Assembly (NCBI GenBank): GCA_964016885.1
Contig: OZ024759.1
Coordinates: forward strand, 1,426,001 to 1,490,000
Reading direction: 5' to 3'
DNA length: 64,000 bases
Source: Eledone cirrhosa
Lineage: Eukaryota
Part shown: one piece after another, positions 47,270 to 63,900 of the stretch
How positions within the stretch are numbered: position 1 is the stretch's first letter
Layout: each line of letters begins with the position of its first letter
The notes under the pieces: generated by a model
What the model was told of the DNA's origin: nothing
What the model saw: the letters and a program-made list of their open reading frames with translations, nothing else
Database searches by the model: none
Program-made: the position numbers and the translations under genes

Positions 47270-50200
47270 ACACTGTCTATATTAGTAACTTGACAAAGTC
47301 TATATTAGTAACATGACACAGTCTATATTAGTAACATGACAGTCTATATTAGTAACATGACAAAGTCTATATTAGTAGCATGACACAGTCTATATTAGTA
47401 ACATGACAAAGTCTATATTAGTAACATGACAAAGTCTATATTAGTAACATGACACAGTCTATATTAGTAACATGACACAGTCTATATTAGTAACATGACA
47501 AAGTCTATATTAGTAGCATGACAAAGTCTATATTAGTAACATGACACAGTCTATATTAGTAACATGACAAAGTCTATATTAGTAGCATGACAACGTCTAT
47601 ATTGGTAACATGACAAAGTCTATATTAGTAACATGACAGTCTATATTAGTAACATGACAGTCTATATTAGTAAAATGACAGTCCATATTAGTAGCATGAC
47701 AAAGTCTATATTAGTAACATGACAAAGTCTATATTAGTAACATGACACCGTCTATATTAGTAACATGACACAGTCTATATTAGTAACATCACACAGTCTA
47801 TATTAGTAACATGACAAAGTCTATATTAGTAACATGGCAAAGTCTATATTAGTAACATAACAAAGTCTATATTAGTAACATGACAAGGCCTATATTAGTA
47901 ATATGACACAGTCTATATTAGTAACATGACAAAGTCTATATTAGTAACATGACAGTCTATATTAGTAACATGACAAAGTCTATATTAGTAACATGACAAA
48001 GTCTATATTAGTAACATGACAGTCTATATTAGTAACATGACACAGTCTATATTAGTAACATGACAAAGTCTATATTAGTAACATGACACAGTCTATATTA
48101 GTAACATGACACAGTCTATATTAGTAACATGGCACAGTTTATATTAGTAACATGACAAAGTCTATATTAGTAACATGACAAAGTCTATATTAGTAACATG
48201 GCAGTCTATATTAGTAACATGACAAAGTCTATATTAGTAACATGACACAGTCTATATTAGTAACATGACAAAGACTCTATTAGTAACATGACAAATTCTA
48301 TATTAGTAACATGACAGTCTATATTAGTAACATGACAAAATCTATATTAGTAACATGACAGTCTATATTAGTAACATGACAAAGTCTATATTAGTAACAT
48401 GACAGTCTATATTGTACCATGACACAGTCTATATTAGTAACATGACATAGTCTATATTAGTAACATGACACAGTCTATATTAGTAACATGACAGTCTATA
48501 TTGTAAAATGACACAGTCTATATTAGTAACATGACACAGTCTATATTAGTAACATGACAGTCTATATTAGTAACATGACACAGTCTATATTAGTAACATG
48601 ACACAGTCTATATTAGTAACATGACAGTCTATATTAGTAGCATGGCAATGTCTATATTAGTAACATGACACAGTCTATATTAGTAACAAGACTTAGTCTA
48701 TATTAGTAACATGACATAGTCTATATTAGTAGCATGACAAAGTCTATATTAGTAACATGACAAAGTCTATATTAGTAACATGACACAGTCTATCTTAGTA
48801 ACATGACAAAGTCTATATTAGTAACATGACACAGTCTATATTATTAACATGACAAAGTCTATATTAGTAGCATGACAAAGTCTATATTAGTAACATGACA
48901 CAGTCTATATTAGTAACATGACAAAGTCTATATTAGTAACATGACAAAGTCTATATTAGTAACATGACAAAGTCTATATTAGTAACATGACAAAGTCTAT
49001 ATTAGTAACATGACACAGTCTATATTAGTAACATGACACAGTCTATATTAGTAACATGACAAAGTCTATATTAGTAACATGACAAAGTCTATATTAGTAA
49101 CATGACAGTCTATATTAGTAACATGACAAAGTCTATATTAGTAACATGACACAGTCTATATTAGTAACATGACAAAGTCTCTATTAGTAACATGACAAAG
49201 TCTATATTAGTAACATGACAGTCTATATTAGTAACATGACAAAGTCTCTATTAGTAACATGACAAAGTCTATATTAGTAACATGACAGTCTATATTAGTA
49301 ACATGACACAGTCTATATTAGTAACATGACAAAGTCTATATTAGTAACATGACAAGGCCTATATTAGTAACATGACAAAGTCTATATTAGTAACATGACA
49401 CTGTCTATATTAGTAACTTGACAAAGTCTATATTAGTAACATGACACAGTCTATATTAGTAACATGACACAGTCTATATTAGTAACATGACAAAGTCTAT
49501 ATTAGTAACATGACAAAGTCTATATTAGTAACATGACAAAGTCTATATTAGTAACATGGCAGTCTATATTAGTAACATGACAAAGTCTATATTAGTAACT
49601 TGACAAAGTCTATATTAGTAACATGACACAGTCTATATTAGTAACATGACAGTCTATATTAGTAACATGACAAAGTCTATATTAGTAGCATGACACAGTC
49701 TATATTAGTAACATGACAAAGTCTATATTAGTAACATGACAAAGTCTATATTAGTAACATGACACAGTCTATATTAGTAACATGACACAGTCTATATTAG
49801 TAACATGACAAAGTCTATATTAGTAGCATGACAAAGTCTATATTAGTAACATGACACAGTCTATATTAGTAACATGACAAAGTCTATATTAGTAGCATGA
49901 CAACGTCTATATTGGTAACATGACAAAGTCTATATTAGTAACATGACAGTCTATATTAGTAACATGACAGTCTATATTAGTAAAATGACAGTCCATATTA
50001 GTAGCATGACAAAGTCTATATTAGTAACATGACAAAGTCTATATTAGTAACATGACACCGTCTATATTAGTAACATGACACAGTCTATATTAGTAACATC
50101 ACACAGTCTATATTAGTAACATGACAAAGTCTATATTAGTAACATGGCAAAGTCTATATTAGTAACATAACAAAGTCTATATTAGTAACATGACAAGGCC

Positions 50201-51810
50201 TATATTAGTAATATGACACAGTCTATATTAGTAACATGACAAAGTCTATATTAGTAACATGACAGTCTATATTAGTAACATGACAAAGTCTATATTAGTA
50301 ACATGACAAAGTCTATATTAGTAACATGACAGTCTATATTAGTAACATGACACAGTCTATATTAGTAACATGACAAAGTCTATATTAGTAACATGACACA
50401 GTCTATATTAGTAACATGACACAGTCTATATTAGTAACATGGCACAGTTTATATTAGTAACATGACAAAGTCTATATTAGTAACATGACAAAGTCTATAT
50501 TAGTAACATGGCAGTCTATATTAGTAACATGACAAAGTCTATATTAGTAACATGACACAGTCTATATTAGTAACATGACAAAGACTCTATTAGTAACATG
50601 ACAAATTCTATATTAGTAACATGACAGTCTATATTAGTAACATGACAAAATCTATATTAGTAACATGACAGTCTATATTAGTAACATGACAAAGTCTATA
50701 TTAGTAACATGACAGTCTATATTGTACCATGACACAGTCTATATTAGTAACATGACATAGTCTATATTAGTAACATGACAAAGTCTATATTAGTAACATG
50801 ACAGTCTATATTGTAAAATGACACAGTCTATATTAGTAACATGACACAGTCTATATTAGTAACATGACAGTCTATATTAGTAACATGACACAGTCTATAT
50901 TAGTAACATGACACAGTCTATATTAGTAACATGACAGTCTATATTAGTAGCATGGCAATGTCTATATTAGTAACATGACACAGTCTATATTAGTAACAAG
51001 ACTTAGTCTATATTAGTAACATGACATAGTCTATATTAGTAGCATGACAAAGTCTATATTAGTAACATGACAAAGTCTATATTAGTAACATGACACAGTC
51101 TATCTTAGTAACATGACAAAGTCTATATTAGTAACATGACACAGTCTATATTAGTAACATGACAAAGTCTATATTAGTAGCATGACAAAGTCTATATTAG
51201 TAACATGACACAGTCTATATTAGTAACATGACAAAGTCTATATTATTAACATGACAAAGTCTATATTAGTAACATGACAAAGTCTATATTAGTAACATGA
51301 CAAAGTCTATATTAGTAACATGACACAGTCTATATTAGTAACATGACACAGTCTATATTAGTAACATGACAAAGTCTATATTAGTAACATGACAAAGTCT
51401 ATATTAGTAACATGACAGTCTATATTAGTAACATGACAAAGTCTATATTAGTAACATGACACAGTCTATATTAGTAACATGACAAAGTCTCTATTAGTAA
51501 CATGACAAAGTCTATATTAGTAACATGACAGTCTATATTAGTAACATGACAAAGTCTCTATTAGTAACATGACAAAGTCTATATTAGTAACATGACAGTC
51601 TATATTAGTAACATGACACAGTCTATATTAGTAACATGACAAAGTCTATATTAGTAACATGACAAGGCCTATATTAGTAACATGACAAAGTCTATATTAG
51701 TAACATGACACTGTCTATATTAGTAACTTGACAAAGTCTATATTAATAACATGACACAGTCTATATTAGTAACATGACACAGTCTATATTAGTAACATGA
51801 CAAAGTCTAT
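47270..51810. repeat. 2310-bp tandem duplication
   Basis: attggtaac 47601/49911 and ggcaatg 48644/50954, both at offset 2310. Confidence 0.88.
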
Positions 51811-54800
51811 ATTAGTAGCATGACAAAGTCTATATTAGTAACATGACAAAGTCTATATTAGTAACATGACACAGTCTATGTTAGTAACATGACAAAGTCT
51901 ATATTAGTAACATGACAAAGTCTATATTAGTAACATGACACAGTCTATATTAGTAACATGACAAAGTCTATATTAGTAGCATGACAAAGTCTATATTAGT
52001 AACATGACACAGTCTATATTAGTAACATGACAAAGTCTATATTAGTAGCATGACAAAGTCTATATTAGTAACATGACAAAGTCTATATTAGTAACATGAC
52101 ACAGTCTATATTAGTAACATGACAGTCTATATTAGTAACATGACAGTCCATATTAGTAGCATGACAAAGTCTATATTAGTAACATGACAAAGTCTATATT
52201 AGTAACATGACAAAGTCTATATTAGTAACATGACAAAGTCTATATTAGTAACATGACAAAGTCTATATTAGTAACATGACACAGACTATATTAGTAACAT
52301 GACATAGTCTATATTAGTAACATGACAAAGTCTATATTAGTAGCATGACACAGTCTATATTAGTAACATGACACAGTCTATATTAGTAACATGACAGTCT
52401 ATATTAGTAACATGACAAAGTCTATATTAGTAGCATGACAAAGTCTATATTAGTAACATGACCCAGTCTATATTAGTAACATGACAATCTATATTAGTAA
52501 CATGACACAGTCTATATTAGTAGCATGACAAAGTCTATATTAGTAACATGACAGTCTATATTAGTAACATGACGAAGTCTATATTAGTAGCATGACAAAG
52601 TCTATATTAGTAGCATGACACAGTCTATATTAGTAACATGACACAATCTATATTAGTAACATGACACAGTCTATATTAGTAACATGACAAAGTCTATATT
52701 AGTAGCATGACAAAGTCTATATTAGTAACATGACAAAGTCTATATTAGTAACATGACACAGTCTATATTAATAACATGACAAAGTCTATATTAGTAACAT
52801 GACAAAGTCTATATTAGTAACATGACAGTCTATATTGTAAAATGACACAGTCTATATTAGTAACATGACACAGTCTATATTAGTAACATGACAGTCTATA
52901 TTAGTAACATGACACAGTCTATATTAGTAACATGACACAGTCTATATTAGTAACATGACAGTCTATATTAGTAGCATGGCAATGTCTATATTAGTAACAT
53001 GACACAGTCTATATTAGTAACAAGACTTAGTCTATATTAGTAACATGACATAGTCTATATTAGTAGCATGACAAAGTCTATATTAGTAACATGACAAAGT
53101 CTATATTAGTAACATGACACAGTCTATCTTAGTAACATGACAAAGTCTATATTAGTAACATGACACAGTCTATATTAGTAACATGACAAAGTCTATATTA
53201 GTAGCATGACAAAGTCTATATTAGTAACATGACACAGTCTATATTAGTAACATGACAAAGTCTATATTAGTAACATGACAAAGTCTATATTAGTAACATG
53301 ACAAAGTCTATATTAGTAACATGACAAAGTCTATATTAGTAACATGACACAGTCTATATTAGTAACTTGACAGTCTATATTAGTAGCATGACAAAGTCTA
53401 TATTAGTAACATGACAAAGTCTATATTAGTAACATGACACAGTCTATATTAGTAACATGACACAGTCTATATTAGTAACATGACAGTCTATATTAGTAAC
53501 ATGACAAAGTCTATATTAGTAACATGGCAAAGTCTATGTTAGTAACATGACAAAGTCTATATTAGTAACATGACAAAGTCTATATTAGTAACATGCCAAA
53601 GTCTATATTAGTAGCATGACAAAGTCTATATTAGTAGCATGACACAGTCTATATTAGTAACATGACAAAGTCTATATTAGTAACATGACACAGTCTATAT
53701 TAGTAACATGACAGTCTATATTAGTAACATGACAAAGTCTATATTAGTAACATGACAAAGTCTATATTAGTAACATGACACAGTCTATATTAGTAACATG
53801 ACAGTCTATATTAGTAACATGACAAAGTCTATATTAGTAACATGACAAAGTCTATATTAGTAACATGACAAAGTCTATATTAGTAACATGACAAAGTCTA
53901 TATTAGTAGCATGACACAGTCTATATTAGTAACATGACAAAGTCTATATTAGTAACATGACAAAGTCTATATTAGTAGCATGACACAGTCTATATTAGTA
54001 ACATGACAAAGTCTATATTAGTAACATGACAGTCTATATTAGTAACATGACACAGTCTATATTAGTAACATGACAAAGTCTATATTAGTAACATGACACA
54101 GTCTATATTAGTTAAATGACACAGTCTATATTAGTAACATGGCACAGTTTATATTAGTAACATGACAAAGTCTATATTAGTAACATGACAAAGTCTATAT
54201 TAGTAACATGGCAGTCTATATTAGTAACATGACAAAGTCTATATTAGTAACATGACAAAGTCTATATTAGTAACATGACAGTCTATATTAGTAACATGAC
54301 ACAGTCTATATTAGTAACATGACAAAGTCTATATTAGTAACATGACACAGTCTATATTAGTAACATGACACAGTCTATATTAGTAACATGGCACAGTTTA
54401 TATTAGTAACATGACAAAGTCTATATTAGTAACATGACAAAGTCTATATTAGTAACATGGCAGTCTATATTAGTAACATGACAAAGTCTATATTAGTAAC
54501 ATGACACAGTCTATATTAGTAACATGACAAAGACTCTATTAGTAACATGACAAATTCTATATTAGTAACATGACAGTCTATATTAGTAACATGACAAAAT
54601 CTATATTAGTAACATGACAGTCTATATTAGTAACATGACAAAGTCTATATTAGTAACATGACAGTCTATATTGTACCATGACACAGTCTATATTAGTAAC
54701 ATGACATAGTCTATATTAGTAACATGACAAAGTCTATATTAGTAACATGACAGTCTATATTGTAAAATGACACAGTCTATATTAGTAACATGACACAGTC

Positions 54801-56049
54801 TATATTAGTAACATGACAGTCTATATTAGTAACATGACACAGTCTATATTAGTAACATGACACAGTCTATATTAGTTACATGACAGTCTATATTAGTAGC
54901 ATGGCAATGTCTATATTAGTAACATGACACAGTCTATATTAGTAACAAGACTTAGTCTATATTAGTAACATGACAGTCTATATTAGTAGCATGACAAAGT
55001 CTATATTAGTAACATGACAAAGTCTATATTAGTAACATGACACAGTCTATCTTAGTAACATGACAAAGTCTATATTAGTAACATGACACAGTCTATATTA
55101 GTAACATGACAAAGTCTATATTAGTAGCATGACAAAGTCTATATTAGTAACATGACACAGTCTATATTAGTAACATGACAAAGTCTATATTAGTAACATG
55201 ACAAAGTCTATATTAGTAACATGACAAAGTCTATATTAGTAACATGACAAAGTCTATATTAGTAACATGACACAGTCTATATTAGTAACATGACACAGTC
55301 TATATTAGTAACATGACAAAGTCTATATTAGTAACATGACAAAGTCTATATTAGTAACATGACAGTCTATATTAGTAACATGACAAAGTCTATATTAGTA
55401 ACATGACACAGTCTATATTAGTAACATGACAAAGTCTCTATTAGTAACATGACAAAGTCTATATTAGTAACATGACAGTCTATATTAGTAACATGACAAA
55501 GTCTCTATTAGTAACATGACAAAGTCTATATTAGTAACATGACAGTCTATATTAGTAACATGACACAGTCTATATTAGTATCATGACAAAGTCTATATTA
55601 GTAACATGACAAAGTCTATATTAGTAACATGACAAAGTCTATATTAGTAACATGACACAGTCTATATTAGTAACATGACACAGTCTATATTAGTAACATC
55701 ACACAGTCTATATTAGTAACATGACAAAGTCTATATTAGTAACATGGCAAAGTCTATATTAGTAACATGACAAAGTCTATATTAGTAACATGACAAGGCC
55801 TATATTAGTAACATGACAAAGTCTATATTAGTAACATGACACTGTCTATATTAGTAACTTGACAAAGTCTATATTAGTAACATGACACAGTCTATATTAG
55901 TAACATGACACAGTCTATATTAGTAACATGACAAAGTCTATATTAGTAGCATGACAAAGTCTATATTAGTAACATGACAAAGTCTATATTAGTAACATGA
56001 CACAGTCTATGTTAGTAACATGACAAAGTCTATATTAGTAACATGACAA

Positions 56050-57120
56050 AGTCTATATTAGTAACATGACACAGTCTATATTAGTAACATGACAAAGTCT
56101 ATATTAGTAGCATGACACAGTCTATATTAGTAACATGACAAAGTCTATATTAGTAACATGACAAAGTCTATATTAGTAGCATGACACAGTCTATATTAGT
56201 AACATGACAAAGTCTATATTAGTAACATGACACAGTCTATATTAGTAACATGACAAAGTCTATATTAGTAACATGACAAAGTCTATATTAGTAACATGAC
56301 ACAGTCTATATTAGTAACATGACAAAGTCTATATTAGTAACATGACACTGTCTATATTAGTAACTTGACAAAGTCTATATTAGTAACATGACACAGTCTA
56401 TATTAGTAACATGACAGTCTATATTAGTAACTTGACAAAGTCTATATTAGTAACATGACACAGTCTATATTAGTAACATGACACAGTCTATATTAGTAAC
56501 ATGACAAAGTCTATATTAGTAGCATGACAAAGTCTATATTTGTAACATGACAAAGTCTATATTAGTAACATGACACAGTCTATGTTAGTAACATGACACA
56601 GTCTATATTAGTAACATGACAAAGTCTATATTAGTAGCATGACACAGTCTATATTAGTAACATGACAAAGTCTATATTAGTAACATGACAAAGTCTATAT
56701 TAGTAGCATGACACAGTCTATATTAGTAACATGACAAAGTCTATATTAGTAACATGACACAGTCTATATTAGTAACATGACAAAGTCTATATTAGTAACA
56801 TGACAAAGTCTATATTAGTAACATGACACAGTCTATATTAGTAACATGACAAAGTCTATATTAGTAACATGACACTGTCTATATTAGTAACTTGACAAAG
56901 TCTATATTAGTAACATGACACAGTCTATATTAGTAACATGACAGTCTATATTAGTAACTTGACAAAGTCTATATTAGTAACATGACACAATCTATATTAG
57001 TAACATGACACAGTCTATATTAGTAACATGACAAAGTCTATATTAGTAGCATGACAAAGTCTATATTTGTAACATGACAAAGTCTATATTAGTAACATGA
57101 CACAGTCTATGTTAGTAACA
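56050..57120. repeat. 527-bp tandem duplication
   Basis: gtctatatttgtaac monomer at 56532 and 57059; each is preceded by two aacttg monomers. Confidence 0.75.
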
Positions 57121-59949
57121 TGACAAAGTCTATATTAGTAACATGACAAAGTCTATATTAGTAACATGACACAGTCTATATTAGTAACATGACAAAGTCT
57201 ATATTAGTAGCATGACAAAGTCTATATTAGTAACATGACAGTCTATATTAGTAACATGACAAAGTCTATATTAGTAACATGACAGTCTATATTGTAACAT
57301 GATACAGTCTATATTAGTAACATGACACAGTTTATATTAGTAACATGACATAGTCTATATTAGTAACATGACAAAGTCTATATTAGTAACATGACAGTCT
57401 ATATTGTAACATGACACAGTCTATATTAGTAACATGACACAGTCTATATTAGTAACATGACAGTCTATATTAGTAACATGACAAAGTCTATATTAGTAGC
57501 ATGACACACTCTATATTAGTAACATGACAAAGTCTATATTAGTAACATGACAAAGTCTATATTAGTAACATGACACAGTCTATATTAGTAACATGACACA
57601 GTCTATATTAGTAACATGACAAAGTCTATATTAGTAGCATGACAATGTCTATATTAGTAACATGACACAGTCTATATTAGTAACATGACAAAGTCTATAT
57701 TAGTAGCATGACAACGTCTATATTAGTAACATGACAAAGTCTATATTAGTAACATGACAGTCTATATTAGTAACATGACAGTCTATATTAGTAAAATGAC
57801 AGTCCATATTAGTAGCATGACAAAGTCTATATTAGTAACATGACAACGTCTATATTAGTAACATGACACCGTCTATATTAGTAACATGACACAGTCTATA
57901 TTAGTAACATCACACAGTCTATATTAATAACATGACAAAGTCTATATTAGTAACATGGCAAAGTCTATATTAGTAACATGACAAAGTCTATATTAGTAAC
58001 ATGACAAGGCCTATATTAGTAATATGACACAGTCTATATTAGTAACATGACAAAATCTATATTAGTAACATGACAGTCTATATTAGTAACATGACAAAGT
58101 CTATATTAGTAACATGACAAAGTCTATATTAGTAACATGACAGTCTATATTAGTAACATGACACAGTCTATATTAGTAACATGACAAAGTCTATATTAGT
58201 AACATGACACAGTCTATATTAGTAACATGACACAGTCTATATTAGTAACATGACACAGTTTATATTAGTAACATGACAAAGTCTATATTAGTAACATGAC
58301 AAAGTCTATATTAGTAACATGGCAGTCTATATTAGTAACATGACAAAGTCTATATTAGTAACATGACACAGTCTATATTAGTAACATGACAAAGACTCTC
58401 TTAGTAACATGACAAATTCTATATTAGTAACATGACAGTCTATATTAGTAACATGACAAAATCTATATTAGTAACATGACAGTCTATATTAGTAACATGA
58501 CAAAGTCTATATTAGTAACATGACAGTCTATATTGTACCATGACACAGTCTATATTAGTAACATGACATAGTCTATATTAGTAACATGACAAAGTTTATA
58601 TTAGTAACATGACAGTCTATATTGTAAAATGACACAGTCTATATTAGTAACATGACACAGTCTATATTAGTAACATGACAGTCTATATTAGTAACATGAC
58701 ACAGTCTATATTAGTAACATGACACAGTCTATATTAGTAACATGACAGTCTATATTAGTAGCATGGCAATGTCTATATTAGTAACATGACACAGTCTATA
58801 TTAGTAACAAGACTTAGTCTATATTAGTAACATGACATAGTCTATATTAGTAGCATGACAAAGTCTATATTAGTAACATGACAAAGTCTATATTAGTAAC
58901 ATGACACAGTCTATCTTAGTAACATGACAAAGTCTATATTAGTAACATGACACAGTCTATATTAGTAACATGACAAAGTCTATATTAGTAGCATGACAAA
59001 GTCTATATTAGTAACATGACACAGTCTATATTAGTAACATGACAAAGTCTATATTAGTAACATGACAAAGTCTATATTAGTAACATGACAAAGTCTATAT
59101 TAGTAACATGACAAAGTCTATATTAGTAACATGACACAGTCTATATTAGTACCATGACAGTCTATATTAGTAGCATGACAAAGTCTATATTAGTAACATG
59201 ACAAAGTCTATATTAGTAACATGACACAGTCTATATTAGTAACATGACACAGTCTATATTAGTAACATGACAGTCTATATTAGTAACATGACAAAGTCTA
59301 TATTAGTAACATGGCAAAGTCTATATTAGTAACATGACAGTCTATATTAGTAGCATGGCAATGTCTATATTAGTAACATGACAAAGTCTATATTAGTAAC
59401 ATGACAAAGTCTATATTAGTAACATGCCAAAGTCTATATTAGTAGCATGACAAAGTCTATATTAGTAGCATGACACAGTCTATTTTAGTAACATGACAAA
59501 GTCTATATTAGTAACATGACACAGTCTATATTAGTAACATGACAGTCTATATTAGTAACATGACAAAGTCTATATTAGTAACATGACAAAGTCTATATTA
59601 GTAACATGACACAGTCTATATTAGTAACATGACAGTCTATATTAGTAACATGACAAAGTCTATATTAGTAACATGACAAAGTCTATATTAGTAACATGAC
59701 AAAGTCTATATTAGTAACATGACAAAGTCTATATTAGTAGCATGACACAGTCTATATTAGTAACATGACAAAGTCTATATTAGTAACATGACAAAGTCTA
59801 TATTAGTAGCATGACACAGTCTATATTAGTAACATGACAAAGTCTATATTAGTAACATGACACAGTCTATATTAGTAACATGACAAAGTCTATATTAGTA
59901 ACATGACAAAGTCTATATTAGTAACATGACACAGTCTATATTAGTAACA

Positions 59950-62900
59950 TGACAAAGTCTATATTAGTAACATGACACTGTCTATATTAGTAACTTGACA
60001 AAGTCTATATTAGTAACATGACACAGTCTATATTAGTAACATGACAGTCTATATTAGTAACATGACAAAGTCTATATTAGTAGCATGACACAGTCTATAT
60101 TAGTAACATGACAAAGTCTATATTAGTAACATGACACAGTCTATATTAGTAACATGACAAAGTCTATATTAGTAGCATGACAAAGTCTATATTAGTAACA
60201 TGACACAGTCTATATTAGTAACATGACAAAGTCTATATTAGTAGCATGACAACGTCTATATTAGTAACATGACAAAGTCTATATTAGTAACATGACAGTC
60301 TATATTACTAACATGACAGTCTATATTAGTAAAATGACAGTCCATATTAGTAGCATGACAAAGTCTATATTAGTAACATGACAAAGTCTATATTAGTAAC
60401 ATGACACCGTCTATATTAGTAACATGACACAGTCTATATTAGTAACATCACACAGTCTATATTAGTAACATGACAAAGTCTATATTAGTAACATGGCAAA
60501 GTCTATATTAGTAACATAACAAAGTCTATATTAGTAACATGACAAGGCCTATATTAGTAATATGACACAGTCTATATTAGTAACATGACAAAGTCTATAT
60601 TAGTAACATGACAGTCTATATTAGTAACATGACAAAGTCTATATTAGTAACATGACAAAGTCTATATTAGTAACATGACAGTCTATATTAGTAACATGAC
60701 ACAGTCTATATTAGTAACATGACAAAGTCTATATTAGTAACATGACACAGTCTATATTAGTAACATGACACAGTCTATATTAGTAACATGGCAGAGTTTA
60801 TATTAGTAACATGACAAAGTCTATATTAGTAACATGACAAAGTCTATATTAGTAACATGGCAGTCTATATTAGTAACATGACAAAGTCTATATTAGTAAC
60901 ATGACACAGTCTATATTAGTAACATGACAAAGACTCTATTAGTAACATGACAAATTCTATATTAGTAACATGACAGTCTATATTAGTAACATGACAAAAT
61001 CTATATTAGTAACATGACAGTCTATATTAGTAACATGACAAAGTCTATATTAGTAACATGACAGTCTATATTGTACCATGACACAGTCTATATTAGTAAC
61101 ATGACATAGTCTATATTAGTAACATGACAAAGTCTATATTAGTAACATGACAGTCTATATTGTAAAATGACACAGTCTATATTAGTAACATGACACAGTC
61201 TATATTAGTAACATGACAGTCTATATTAGTAACATGACACAGTCTATATTAGTAACATGACACAGTCTATATTAGTAACATGACAGTCTATATTAGTAGC
61301 ATGGCAATGTCTATATTAGTAACATGACACAGTCTATATTAGTAACAAGACTTAGTCTATATTAGTAACATGACATAGTCTATATTAGTAGCATGACAAA
61401 GTCTATATTAGTAACATGACAAAGTCTATATTAGTAACATGACACAGTCTATCTTAGTAACATGACAAAGTCTATATTAGTAACATGACACAGTCTATAT
61501 TAGTAACATGACAAAGTCTATATTAGTAGCATGACAAAGTCTATATTAGTAACATGACACAGTCTATATTAGTAACATGACAAAGTCTATATTAGTAACA
61601 TGACAAAGTCTATATTAGTAACATGACAAAGTCTATATTAGTAACATGACAAAGTCTATATTAGTAACATGACACAGTCTATATTAGTAACATGACACAG
61701 TCTATATTAGTAACATGACAAAGTCTATATTAGTAACATGACAAAGTCTATATTAGTAACATGACAGTCTATATTAGTAACATGACAAAGTCTATATTAG
61801 TAACATGACACAGTCTATATTAGTAACATGACAAAGTCTCTATTAGTAACATGACAAAGTCTATATTAGTAACATGACAGTCTATATTAGTAACATGACA
61901 AAGTCTCTATTAGTAACATGACAAAGTCTATATTAGTAACATGACAGTCTATATTAGTAACATGACACAGTCTATATTAGTAACATGACAAAGTCTATAT
62001 TAGTAACATGACAAAGTCTATATTAGTAACATGACAAAGTCTATATTAGTAACATGACACAGTCTATATTAGTAACATGACACAGTCTATATTAGTAACA
62101 TCACACAGTCTATATTAGTAACATGACAAAGTCTATATTAGTAACATGGCAAAGTCTATATTAGTAACATGACAAGGCCTATATTAGTAACATGACAAAG
62201 TCTATATTAGTAACATGACACTGTCTATATTAGTAACTTGACAAAGTCTATATTAGTAACATGACACAGTCTATATTAGTAACATGACACAGTCTATATT
62301 AGTAACATGACAAAGTCTATATTAGTAGCATGACAAAGTCTATATTAGTAACATGACAAAGTCTATATTAGTAACATGACACAGTCTATGTTAGTAACAT
62401 GACAAAGTCTATATTAGTAACATGACAAAGTCTATATTAGTAACATGACACAGTCTATATTAGTAACATGACAAAGTCTATATTAGTAGCATGACACAGT
62501 CTATATTAGTAACATGACAAAGTCTATATTAGTAACATGACAAAGTCTATATTAGTAGCATGACACAGTCTATATTAGTAACATGACAAAGTCTATATTA
62601 GTAACATGACACAGTCTATATTAGTAACATGACAAAGTCTATATTAGTAACATGACAAAGTCTATATTAGTAACATGACACGACTATATTAGTAACATGA
62701 CAAAGTCTATATTAGTAACATGACACTGTCTATATTAGTAACTTGACAAAGTCTATATTAGTAACATGACACAGTCTATATTAGTAACATGACAGTCTAT
62801 ATTAGTAACATGACAAAGTCTATATTAGTAGCATGACACAGTCTATATTAGTAACATGACAAAGTCTATATTAGTAACATGACAAAGTCTATATTAGTAA

Positions 62901-63900
62901 CATGACACAGTCTATATTAGTAACATGACACAGTCTATATTAGTAACATGACAAAGTCTATATTAGTAGCATGACAAAGTCTATATTAGTAACATGACAC
63001 AGTCTATATTAGTAACATGACAAAGTCTATATTAGTAGCATGACAACGTCTATATTGGTAACATGACAAAGTCTATATTAGTAACATGACAGTCTATATT
63101 AGTAACATGACAGTCTATATTAGTAAAATGACAGTCCATATTAGTAGCATGACAAAGTCTATATTAGTAACATGACAAAGTCTATATTAGTAACATGACA
63201 CCGTCTATATTAGTAACATGACACAGTCTATATTAGTAACATCACACAGTCTATATTAGTAACATGACAAAGTCTATATTAGTAACATGGCAAAGTCTAT
63301 ATTAGTAACATAACAAAGTCTATATTAGTAACATGACAAGGCCTATATTAGTAATATGACACAGTCTATATTAGTAACATGACAAAGTCTATATTAGTAA
63401 CATGACAGTCTATATTAGTAACATGACAAAGTCTATATTAGTAACATGACAAAGTCTATATTAGTAACATGACAGTCTATATTAGTAACATGACACAGTC
63501 TATATTAGTAACATGACAAAGTCTATATTAGTAACATGACACAGTCTATATTAGTAACATGACACAGTCTATATTAGTAACATGGCACAGTTTATATTAG
63601 TAACATGACAAAGTCTATATTAGTAACATGACAAAGTCTATATTAGTAACATGGCAGTCTATATTAGTAACATGACAAAGTCTATATTAGTAACATGACA
63701 CAGTCTATATTAGTAACATGACAAAGACTCTATTAGTAACATGACAAATTCTATATTAGTAACATGACAGTCTATATTAGTAACATGACAAAATCTATAT
63801 TAGTAACATGACAGTCTATATTAGTAACATGACAAAGTCTATATTAGTAACATGACAGTCTATATTGTACCATGACACAGTCTATATTAGTAACATGACA
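59950..63900. repeat. Non-adjacent copy of ~44.5-48.4 kb (offset ~15.5 kb)
   Basis: ggcaatg 45826/61303 (15477) and attgg 47601/63054 (15453). The 24-bp difference matches one missing 23-mer near 62160 plus a 1-bp deletion near 62681. Confidence 0.8.
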
